NCBI RefSeq assembly: GCF_032444005.1
Contig: NC_091283.1
Location: forward strand, 105,772,001-105,836,000
Direction: 5' to 3'
Source of the DNA: Ranitomeya imitator
Lineage: Eukaryota
Length of the DNA stretch: 64,000 nt
Position 1 is the stretch's first letter. Every line of letters begins with the position of its first letter. Positions 50,713 through 60,864 of this stretch are shown here, piece by piece. Below the pieces are notes generated by a model that had not been told where the DNA came from, ran no database searches, and saw nothing but the letters and a program-made list of their open reading frames with translations. The translations under genes were made by a program, and so were the position numbers.

Positions 50713-53700
50713 CTAGGTGTCAGCCGGGCAAGGTGGGGCAAAAGATTTCGAAATCCAGTTGTGGTTCATTTTAATGAAGGTTAGATCATCTACATTTTGG
50801 GTAGCCAGACGAGTCCTTTTTTCTGTTAGTATTGAACCTGCAGCACTGAATACTCTTTCTGATAGGACACTAGCTGCCGGGCAAGCAAGCTCCTGCAATG
50901 CATATTCTGCCAATTCTGGCCAGGTGTCTAATTTTGATGCCCAGTAATCAAATGGGAATGACGGTTGAGGGAGAACATCGATAAGGGATGAAAAATAGTT
51001 TGTAACCATACTGGACAAATGTTGTCTCCTGTCACTTTGAATTGATGCTGCAGTACCTGTCCTGTCTGCGGTCATAGCAAAATCACTCCACAACCTGGTC
51101 AGAAAACCCCTCTTGCCAACGCCACTTCTGATTTCTGCCCCTCTAACTCCTCTGGTCTGCTGGCCCCTGCAGCTCGTGTGAGAACGATCACGGGCGCTGT
51201 GTGCAGGGAATGCCAGAAGCAAACGGTCAACGAGAGTTGATTGTTTGGTTGCTAATATTAGTTCCAAGTTCTCATGTGGCATTATATTTTGCAATTTGCC
51301 TTTATAGCGAGGATCAAGGAGGCAGGCCAACCAGTAATCGTCATCATTCATCATTTTAGTTATGCGTGTGTCCCTTTTGAGGATACGTAAGGCATAATCC
51401 GCCATGTGGGCCAAAGTTCCAGTTCTCAAATCTGCGGTTGTGCTTGGTTGAGGGGCAGTTTCAGGCAAATCCACGTCACTTGTGTCCCTCAAAAAACCAG
51501 AACCCGGCCTTGCCGCGCCAACAATTTCCAGTGGCCCCGGAAAAGCTTCCTCATTAAAAATATAATCATCCCCATCATCCTCCTCGTCCTCCTCCTCCTC
51601 TTCGCCCGCTACCTCGTCCTGTACACTGCCCTGGCCAGACAATGGCTGACTGTCATCATGGCTTTCCTCTTCCTCAGCTGCAGACGCCTGATCCTTTATG
51701 TGCGTCAAACTTTGCATCAGCAGACGCATTAGGGGGATGCTCATGCTTATTATGGCGTTGTCTGCACTAACCAGCCGTGTGCATTCCTCAAAACACTGAA
51801 GGACTTGACACATGTCTTGAATCTTCGACCACTGCACACCTGACAACTCCATGTCTGCCATCCTACTGCCTGCCCGTGTATGTGTATCCTCCCACAAAAA
51901 CATAACAGCCCGCCTCTGTTCACACAGTCTCTGAAGCATGTGCAGTGTTGAGTTCCACCTTGTTGCAACGTCTATGATTAGGCGATGCTGGGGAACGTTC
52001 AAAGAACGCTGATAGGTCTGCATACGGCTGGAGTGTACGGGCGAACGGCAGATATGTGAGCAAAGTCCACGCACTTTGAGGAGCAGGTCGGATAACCCCG
52101 GATAACTTTTCAGGAAGCACTGCACCACCAGGTTTAAGGTGTGAGCCAGGCAAGGAATGTGTTTCAGTTGGAAAAGGGAGATGGCAGCCATGAAATTCCT
52201 TCCGTTATCACTCACTACCTTGCCTGCCTCAAGATCTACAGTGCCCAGCCACGACTGCGTTTCTTTCTGCAAGAACTCGGACAGAACTTCCGCGGTGTGT
52301 CTGTTGTCGCCCAAACACTTCATAGCCAATACAGCCTGCTGACGTTTGCCAGTAGCTGCCCCATAATGGGAGACCTGGTGTGCAACAGTGGCAGCTGCGG
52401 ATGGAGTGGTTGTGCGACTGCGGTCTGTGGACGAGCTCTCGCTTCTGCAGGAGGACGAAGAGGAGGAGGAGGGGGTGCGAACGGCTACAGCCAATTGTTT
52501 CCTAGACCGTGGGCTAGGCAGAACTGTCCCAAACTTGCTGTCCCCTGTGGACCCTGCATCCACCACATTTACCCAGTGTGCCGTGATGGACACGTAACGT
52601 CCCTGGCCATGCCTACTGGTCCATGCATCTGTTGTCAGGTGCACCTTTGTGCTCACAGATTGCCTGAGTGCATGGACGATGCGCTCTTTAACATGCTGGT
52701 GGAGGGCTGGGATGGCTTTTCTGGAAAAAAAGTGTCGACTGGGTAGCTCGTAGCGTGGTACAGCGTAGTCCATCAGGGCTTTGAAAGCTTCGCTTTCAAC
52801 TAACCGGTAGGGCATCATCTCTAACGAGATTAGTCTAGCTATGTGTGCGTTCAAACCCTGTGTACGCGGATGCGAGGCTAAGTACTTCCTTTTTCTAACC
52901 ATAGTCTCATGTAGGGTGAGCTGGACTGGAGAGCTGGAGATCGTGGAACTAGCGGGGGTGCCGGTGGACATGGCAGACTGAGAGACGGTGGGAGATGGTA
53001 TTGTTGCCACCGGTGCCCTAGATGCAGTGTTTCCTACTACGAAACTGGTGATTCCCTGACCCTGACTGCTTTGGCCTGGCAAAGAAACCTGCACAGATAC
53101 TGCAGGTGGTGCGGAAAATGGTGGCCCTACACTGCCGGAAAGGATGTTGCGTTGCTGACTAGCTTCATTGGCCGAGGGTGCTACAACCTTAAGGGACGTT
53201 TGGTAGTTAGTCCAGGCTTGCAAATGCATGGTGGTTAAATGTCTATGCATGCAACTTGTATTGAGGCTTTTCAGATTCTGTCCTCTGCTTAAGGTAGTTG
53301 AACATTTTTGACAGATGACTTTGCGCTGATCAATTGGATGTTGTTTAAAAAAATGCCAGACTGCACTCTTTCTAGCATCGGATACCTTTTCAGGCATTGC
53401 AGACTGAGCTTTAACTGGATGGCCACGCTGTCCTCCAACAGGTTTTGGCTTTGCCACGCGTTTTGGGCAAGATACGGACCCGGCAGATGGAACCTGTTGC
53501 GATGTTGATGCCTGCTGCGGCCCCTCCTCCTCCGCTTCAGAACTGCTGCCGCCTGCACCCTGTTCCCCCAATGGCTGCCAATCGGGGTCAAGAACTGGGT
53601 CATCTATTACCTCTTCTTGTAGCTCGTGTGCAACTTTGTCTGTGTCACCGTGTCGGTCGGTGGTATAGCGTTCGTGATGGGGCAACATAGTCTCATCAGG

Positions 53701-54282
53701 GTCTGATTCTTGATCAGCACCCTGCGAGGGCAATGTTGTGGTCTGAGTCAAAGGACCAGCATAGTAGTCTGGCTGTGGCTGTGCATCAGTGCACTCCATG
53801 TCAGATTCAACTTGTAATGGGCATGGACTGTTAACTGCTTCACTTTCTAAGCCAGGGACGGTATGTGTAAAGAGCTCCATGGAGTAACCCGTTGTGTCGC
53901 CTGCTGCATTCTTCTCTGTTGTTGTTTTTGCTGAAGAGGACAAGGAAGCGACTTGTCCCTGACCGTGAACATCCACTAACGACGCGCTGCTTTGACATTT
54001 ACCAGTTTCACGAGAGGAGGCAAAAGAGCTAGAGGCTGAGTCAGCAAGATAAGCCAAAACTTGCTCTTGCTGCTCCGGCTTTAAAAGCGGTTTTCCTACT
54101 CCCAGAAAAGGGAGCGTTCGAGGCCTTGTGTAGCCAGACGACGAACCTGGCTCCACAGCTCCAGACTTAGGTGCAATATTTTTTTTCCCACGACCAGCTG
54201 ATGCTCCACCACTACCACTACCCTCATTACCAGCTGACAATGAACGCCCCCGGCCACGACCTCTTCCACCATACTTCCTCAT
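50713..54282 (-). CDS. hAT transposase, 1189 aa, intact frame
   Basis: BED finger (SAVWHFF..C..C...H...H), catalytic LTTDAWTS / VSDNGRN / VLSERVFS, PCLAH, TRWNST, and the C-terminal hAT dimerisation motif (YWASK..WPELA). Confidence 0.95.
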   Translation of the reverse strand: MRKYGGRGRGRGRSLSAGNEGSGSGGASAGRGKKNIAPKSGAVEPGSSSGYTRPRTLPFLGVGKPLLKPEQQEQVLAYLADSASSSFASSRETGKCQSSASLVDVHGQGQVASLSSSAKTTTEKNAAGDTTGYSMELFTHTVPGLESEAVNSPCPLQVESDMECTDAQPQPDYYAGPLTQTTTLPSQGADQESDPDETMLPHHERYTTDRHGDTDKVAHELQEEVIDDPVLDPDWQPLGEQGAGGSSSEAEEEGPQQASTSQQVPSAGSVSCPKRVAKPKPVGGQRGHPVKAQSAMPEKVSDARKSAVWHFFKQHPIDQRKVICQKCSTTLSRGQNLKSLNTSCMHRHLTTMHLQAWTNYQTSLKVVAPSANEASQQRNILSGSVGPPFSAPPAVSVQVSLPGQSSQGQGITSFVVGNTASRAPVATIPSPTVSQSAMSTGTPASSTISSSPVQLTLHETMVRKRKYLASHPRTQGLNAHIARLISLEMMPYRLVESEAFKALMDYAVPRYELPSRHFFSRKAIPALHQHVKERIVHALRQSVSTKVHLTTDAWTSRHGQGRYVSITAHWVNVVDAGSTGDSKFGTVLPSPRSRKQLAVAVRTPSSSSSSSCRSESSSTDRSRTTTPSAAATVAHQVSHYGAATGKRQQAVLAMKCLGDNRHTAEVLSEFLQKETQSWLGTVDLEAGKVVSDNGRNFMAAISLFQLKHIPCLAHTLNLVVQCFLKSYPGLSDLLLKVRGLCSHICRSPVHSSRMQTYQRSLNVPQHRLIIDVATRWNSTLHMLQRLCEQRRAVMFLWEDTHTRAGSRMADMELSGVQWSKIQDMCQVLQCFEECTRLVSADNAIISMSIPLMRLLMQSLTHIKDQASAAEEEESHDDSQPLSGQGSVQDEVAGEEEEEDEEDDGDDYIFNEEAFPGPLEIVGAARPGSGFLRDTSDVDLPETAPQPSTTADLRTGTLAHMADYALRILKRDTRITKMMNDDDYWLACLLDPRYKGKLQNIMPHENLELILATKQSTLVDRLLLAFPAHSARDRSHTSCRGQQTRGVRGAEIRSGVGKRGFLTRLWSDFAMTADRTGTAASIQSDRRQHLSSMVTNYFSSLIDVLPQPSFPFDYWASKLDTWPELAEYALQELACPAASVLSERVFSAAGSILTEKRTRLATQNVDDLTFIKMNHNWISKSFAPPCPADT

Positions 54283-54479
54283 TGTTTTAAAAACGTAAAC
54301 AAACTAACGGTATTTGTTGCTGTCACACAAATTACACGGTGAGCTATAACTTCAGTATGATTTAGCTACCCCTTTACAGGTGAGTGAGACCACAACGAAA
54401 ATCAGGCACAATGTTACACACTCTGTTGTTGGTGGCAACAAATGAGAGAGATGCCACACACGCAGGACTGTCACTGAAG

Positions 54480-56890
54480 CACAAATGTAAATATTAATCT
54501 CCCACTGATTTGATTTTTTTTTTTTTTTAAGGGAGACTTTAGGAAAAAAAATAATAGAATAAAATGATTTTTTCAGGAAGAATTTAGAAACCAAATAAAA
54601 TAAAATGATTTTTTCAGGGAGAATTTAGAAAACAAATAAAACAAAAAAAGGCTTTCTATGGCCCACTGAGTGAGAGACGACGCACACAGGAGTCAGGAGT
54701 GGCACAGAAGCCCAGAGGCCAATATTTATCTCCCACTGATTGATGTAGTGATTTTTTCAGGTAGATTTTGGAACCCAAATCAAGCTAAAAAAAATAATAG
54801 GCTTTCTATGGCCCACAATTGGAGAGAGAGAGAGAGATGGCACACCCAGGAGTCAAGACTGGCACACAAGCAGAAAGGGCAATATTAATCTCCCACTGAT
54901 TTGTTTTTTTTTTTTTTTTTTCAGGGAGACTTTAGGAAAAAAAAATAGAATAAAATGATTTTTTCAGGAAGAATTTAGAAACCAAATAAAATAAAATGAT
55001 TTTTTCAGGGAGAATTTAGAAAACAAATAAAACAAAAAAAGGCTTTCTATGGCCCACTGAGTGAGAGATGACGCACACAGGAGTCAGGAGTGGCACACAA
55101 GCCCAGAGGCCAATATTTATCTCCCACTGATTGATGTAGTGATTTTTTCAGGTAGATTTTGGAACCCAAATCAAGCTAAAAAAATAATAGGCTTTCTATG
55201 GCCCACAATTGGAGAGAGAGAGAGAGATGGCACACCCAGGAGTCAAGACTGGCACACAAGCAGAAAGGGCAATATTAATCTCCCACTGATTTGTTTTTTT
55301 TTGTTTGTTTTTTCAGGGAGACTTTAGGAAAAAAAAAATAGAATAAAATGATTTTTTCAGGAAGAATTTAGAAACCAAAGAAAATAAAATGATTTCTTCA
55401 GGGAGAATTTAGAAAACAAATAAAACAAAAAAAGGCTTTCTATGGCCCACTGAGTGAGAGATGACGCACACAGGAGTCAGGAGTGGCACACAAGCCCAGA
55501 GGCCAATATTTATCTCCCACTGATTGATGTAGTGATTTTTTCAGGTAGATTTTGGAACCCAAATCAAGCTAAAAAAAATAATAGGCTTTCTATGGCCCAC
55601 AATTGGAGAGAGAGAGAGAGATGGCACACCCAGGAGTCAAGACTGGCACACAAGCAGAAAGGGCAATATTAATCTCCCACTGATTTGTTTTTTTTTTTTT
55701 TTTTTTCAGGGAGATTTTAGGAAAAAAAAAATAGAATAAAATGATTTTTTCAGGAAGAATTTAGAAACCAAATAAAATAAAATGATTTTTTCAGGGAGAA
55801 TTTAGAAAACAAATAAAACAAAAAAAGGCTTTCTATGGCCCACTGAGTGAGAGATGACGCACACAGGAGTCAGGAGTGGCACACAAGCCCAGAAGCCAAT
55901 ATATATCTCCCACTGATTGATGTAGTGATTTTTTCAGGTAGATTTTGGAACCCAAATCAAGCTAAAAAAATAATAGGCTTTCTATGGCCCACAATTGGAG
56001 AGAGAGAGAGAGATGGCACACCCAGGAGTCAAGACTGGCACACAAGCAGAAAGGGCAATATTAATCTCCCACTGATTTTTTTTTTTTTTTTTTTTTTTCA
56101 GGGAGACTTTAGGAAAAAAAAAATAGAATAAAATGATTTTTTCAGGAAGAATTTAGAAACCAAAGAAAATAAAATGATTTTTTCAGGGAGAATTTAGAAA
56201 ACAAATAAAACAAAAAAAGGCTTTCTATGGCCCACTGAGTGAGAGATGACGCACACAGGAGTCAGGAGTGGCACACAAGCCCAGAGGCCAATATTAATCT
56301 CCCACTTTTTTTTTTTTTTCCAGGGAAAATTTATAAACCCAATAAAAAAAATAAAAATAAATAGGCTTTCTATGGCCCACTATCTGAGAGAGAGAGATGG
56401 CACGTTTAGGACTGGCACACAAGCCCAAGGGCCAATATTAATCTCCCACTGATTGATTTATTGATTTTTTCAGGTAGAATTTAGAACCCAAATAAAGCAA
56501 AAAAAAAAAAAATGGGCTTTCTATGGCCCACTGAGTGAGTGATGATGCACACAGGAGTCAGGAGTGGCACACAAGCCCTGAGGCCAATATTTTTCTCCCA
56601 CTGATTGATGTAGTGATTTTTTCAGGTAGATTTTAGAACCAAAATCAAGCAAAAAAATAAATAGGCTTTCTATGGCCCACTGAGTGAGTGATGATGCACA
56701 CAGGAGTCAAGAGTGGCACACAAGCCCTGAGGCCAATATTTTTCTCCCACTGATTGATGTAGTGATTTTTTCAGGTAGATTTTATAACCCAAATCAAGCA
56801 AAAAAATAAATAGGCTTTCTATGGCCCACTGAGTGCGAGATGACACAGACAGGGATGGCACTCTAGCAGAAATGTCAATCTTAATCTCCC
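54480..56890. repeat. ~393-bp tandem array (~6 copies, internally dimeric) upstream of the transposase
   Basis: GAGATGACGCACACAGGAGTC recurs near 54670, 55061, 55454, 55847 and 56246; each unit holds two GGCTTTCTATGGCCCAC subunits. Confidence 0.93.
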
Positions 56891-57328
56891 ACAAAAAAAA
56901 AAAAAAAAGCAGGGAGTGTCCTTCAATTACTATCTCCCTGCAGTAATCTCAGCCAGGTATGGCAGGCAGCAATAAGGAGTGGACTGATGCACAAATTAAA
57001 TAAAAAGTGTGTACAAACCAAAAAGATAGCTGTGCAGAAAGGAAGGAACAAGAGGATTTGTGCTTTGAAAAAAGCAGTTGGTTTGCACAGCGGCGTACAC
57101 ACAGCAATGCAGCTATCAGGGAGCCTTCTAGGGCAGCCCAATGAGCTACAGCGCTGAGGGGGAAAAAAAAAAATGTAGCTTCCACTGTCCCTGCACACCG
57201 AAGGTGGTGTTGGGCAGTGGAAATCGCTACAGCACAAGCGGTTTGGTGGTTAATGGACCCTGCCTAACGCTATCCCTGCTTCTGACGAAGCGGCAGCAAC
57301 CTCTCCCTAAGCTCAGATCAGCAGTAGT

Positions 57329-57473
57329 AACATGGCGGTCGGCGGGAACGCCCCTTTATAGCCCCTGTGACGCCGCAGACAGCAAGCCAATCACTGCAAT
57401 GCCCTTCTCTAAGATGGTGGGGACCAGGACCTATGTCATCACGCTGCCCACACTCTGCGTTTACCTTCATTGG
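57329..57473 (-). promoter_or_regulatory. Candidate Pol II promoter of the hAT transposase
   Basis: On the minus strand: CCAAT (57469-57473), TATAAA (57355-57360) and YY1-like CCGCCATGTT (57329-57338), in the expected order. Motif match only. Confidence 0.35.
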
Positions 57474-57783
57474 CTGAGAAATGGAGCTTTTCGCGTCATT
57501 GAAACGCGACTTTGGCGCGAAAGTCGCGTACCGCATGGCCGACCCCGCACAGGGGTCGGATCGGGTTTCATGAAACCCGACTTTGCCAAAAGTCGGCGAC
57601 TTTTGAAAATGAACGACCCGTTTCGCTCAACCCTAGTTTTCACTTCACAGGTGTGCTCTGTCAGGTTTAATAAGTGGGATTTCTTGCCTTATAAATGGGG
57701 TTGGGACCATCAGTTGTGTTGTGCAGAAGTTTGGTGGATACACAGCTGATAGTCCTACAGAATAGACTGTTAGAATTTGTATT

Positions 57784-58664
57784 ATGGCAAGAAAAAAGCA
57801 GCTAAGTAAAGAAAAACGAGTGGCCATCATTACTTTAAGAAATGAAGGTCAGTCAGACCGAAAAATTGGGAAAATTTTGAAAGTGTCCCCAAGTGCAATG
57901 GCAAAAACCATCAAGCACTACAAAGAAACTGGCTCACAAGAGGACCGCCCCAGGAAAGGAAGACCAAGAGTCACCTCTGTTTCTGAGGATAAGTTTGTCC
58001 GAGTCACCAGCCTCAGAAATTGCAGGTTAATAGCAGCTCAGATTAGAGACCAGGTGAATGTCACACAGAGTTCTAGCAGCAGACACATCTCTACAACAAC
58101 TGTTAAGAGGAGACTTTGTGCAGCAGACCTTCATGGTAAAATAGCTGCTAGGAAACCACTGCTAAGGACAGACAACAAGCAGAAGAGACTTGTTTGGGCT
58201 AAAGAACACAAGGAATGGACATTAGACCAGTGGAAATCTGTGCTTTGGTGTGATGAGTCCAAAGTCCAGTGGAAATCTGTGCTTTGGTCTGATGAGTCCA
58301 AATTTGAGATCTTTGGTTCCAACCACCGTGTCTTTGTGCGACGCAGAAAAGGTGAACGGATGGACTCTACATGCCTGGTTCCCACCGTGAAGCATGGAGG
58401 AGGAGGCGTGATGGTGTGGGGGTGCTTTGCTGGTGACACTGTTTATTCAAAATTGAAGGCATACTGAACCAGCATGGCTACCACAGCATCTTGCAGCGGC
58501 ATGCTATTTCATCATGTTTGCGTTTAGTTGGACTATCATTTATTTTTAAACAGGACACTGATCCCAAATACACCTCCAGGCTGTATAAGGGCCATTTGAC
58601 CAAGAGGGAGAGTTATGGGGTGCTACGCTAGATGACCTGGCCTCCACAGTCAACAGACCTGAAC
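57784..58664 (+). pseudogene. Tc1 transposase, disrupted
   Basis: MARKKQLSKEKR...GRPRVT...WSDESKF...[14 protein letters not shown]; 39-bp duplication; frameshift after GDT; interrupted at 58665. Confidence 0.9.
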
Positions 58665-59345
58665 TGTTGTGAATTCTGCTCTTGAGTTCCCTCCAGTGGT
58701 TGTTGGTGGGAATGCAGTTGTCTCTGACTCGCAGTCCTGGCAAGGTGTATCGGATAATTACAATTCTGACTGGGATATTTAGGTGTGCAGGATCCTTTAG
58801 CCCTTGCCAGTTGTCAATGTTTCTTTGGAAGTATTGGATCTCTGCCTGGCCTCTCCTGCTTAACTGCAAATTCAGCAAAGATAAGTGTTTTGTTTTTGTA
58901 TCTGTGGCACACTGCTGTGTGCTTGTTTCAGTTTTATTCCTGCTCTGTTTGTAGGATTCACTGGAGTTGCAGATATACGCTCCTGCATCTTTAGCTAGAT
59001 GTAGGAAGTTTTTTGTATATTCTGCTGTGGATTTCTTGAAGGGTTTTAATACTGACCGAACAGAACTCTGTCCTATCCTGTCCTATCTAGCTAGAGTGGC
59101 CTCCTGTGCTAAAATCCTGTTTTTCTGCCTGTGTATGTTTTTTCCTCTCCGACTCACCGCCAATATTTGTGGGGGGCTGTCTATCCTTTGGGCATTTTCT
59201 CTGAGGCAAGATAGTATTCCGATTTCCATCTTTAGGGGTATTTAGTCCTCCGGCTGTGACGAGGTGTCTAGGTGTGTTAGGTACACTCCACGGCTACTTC
59301 TGGTTGCGGTCTTAAGTTCAGGATTGCAGTCAGTATAGTGGCCAC
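58665..59345 (+). mobile_element. LTR-like fragment inserted in Tc1
   Basis: Non-Tc1 block beginning TGTTGTGAA; no CA end or TSD seen; some Tc1 sequence appears lost at the right junction. Confidence 0.45.
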
Positions 59346-60864
59346 TTTGAAGCTCATCAAGAGAATGCCAAGAGTGTGCAAAGCAGTCAAAGCAAAAGGT
59401 GGCTACTTTGAAGAACCCAGAATATAAGACATAATTTCAGCTGTTTCACACTTTTTATATATAATTCCACATGTGTTAATTCATAGTTTTGATGCCTTCA
59501 GTGTGAATGTACAATTTTCATAGTCATGAAAATACAGAAAAATCTTTAAATGAAAAGGTGTGTCCAAACTTTTGCTCTGTACTGAATATATATATGTATA
59601 TTTTATATTGTAGGGATAGATTCTAAAGATTCCTAGAAGTTTATATTGTAGGGATAGATTCTAAAGATTCCTAGTGGTTTCCTATAGTAACCCTCCCATT
59701 ATAATTCATTAATGGGGAGTTGCACCAAATGAACTTATGGTCCATTTTCATTGCATGATTATAGTGATCGAGTGGTTCTAGGAATACTTTTTTTCATGAT
59801 AATCTTGTATTGAAAACAATCTGCCAATCACTGGACTAACGGTCAAACTGCTCATTCATTGGGTGAAATGATCTTTTGGATTCCTCAAAGATCATCGTTC
59901 TCAACAGCACATCGTCCTATGTAGCCAGGACTTTGAACTGTCAAGAACAATTTCAGCCTGTGTGCATTGAGTGATATATTGCTGATCTATTACAGGCTGT
60001 GCAGTGTGCATCAGAAGGACAGTCTGCCTGTGTAAACAGGCTTACTAGATGACCGCCAATCAGCAAAAATCCAAAAATCAGATCAGACTAATGCATTCTG
60101 TGAGGTTTTTTTTCACACTGACCATTGTTATTGGATCAGGGTACTTTTTGCTGACCATCTAAACTAGACCTAATACTGATACAGTAAGGAGGAAGACCGG
60201 ACTGCAGGTACCTGTGCCTGACCGGTTCCGGAACTGTTGAGGCTGCATCCCATGTTGTCCGGGGAAAGGCAAAAAGGCCCGGACAGGTTCCCTGACCCGG
60301 AAGCTGGGGGGCGCAGTTAGAAGTAAAAGCGTGTGCAGCATCGGACAGTTTCTCGCCAGCGGTGACATAGGCAAGGTGCGTGCGTAGCGGGCTCCAAAGG
60401 GTGTGCAGCCAGGCCAAAACGACACGCGGCTGATCCGATGCCAGGATGCTGCTGGAGCCCACCGCAATAATAAGGAAAAAGCCGGAAGCTCTGTTCAGCT
60501 AAGCGCCGCACGCCAGCCTAAGTGCCAGGGCAGAGTTCAGGAGTTGGATTGTTCGCTGCTGCTCTCGTTGTTGGACCATTGTCTACAGGACCTTTTTGGA
60601 GAAACCTCACGCCAGCTGTTGTCGGCATTACAGACTTTGTGGGAACAGGCAGCACGTAGCACAGAGAGAGAAGTTCAGCATGCCCGGTGGCTGACAGAGA
60701 GCGAGGTGCCTTGTGCTTCGTGACCTTGAGTACAGCGCACATGCCACAAAGAGGGAACCGGGTACTGGACAGATGCTTCTAGCTTACCTTATTAGCATAT
60801 ACCTTCCCACCTGTGTGTGCTAGCCTTGTGCCACTTTTTTTTGTGCTTTAAATTCACCGAAAAT

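Larger units (their letters stand above)
35917..57635 (-). mobile_element. Apparently autonomous hAT transposon, 21,719 bp (~12.4 kb without the PLE)
   Basis: TIRs TAGAGTTGAGCGA / TCGCTCAACCCTA; perfect 8-bp TSD GTTTTCAC (35909-35916, 57636-57643); clustered subterminal AAAGTCG motifs; intact transposase ORF. Confidence 0.95.
30965..59584 (+). mobile_element. Tc1 element (~1.5 kb) inflated to 28.6 kb by nested insertions
   Basis: Left (T)AGTACAGACCAAAAGTTTGGACAC matches right GTGTCCAAACTTTTGCTCTGTACTG; the long TIR resumes at 35682; sequence is continuous across both TSD-bounded inserts; the remainder is ~1530 bp. Confidence 0.88.

Noticed and set aside
50713-54282. Domesticated ZBED-type host gene
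   Set aside because: The ORF lies between matched TIRs with a perfect 8-bp TSD, so it is a transposon gene; no symbol was assigned.
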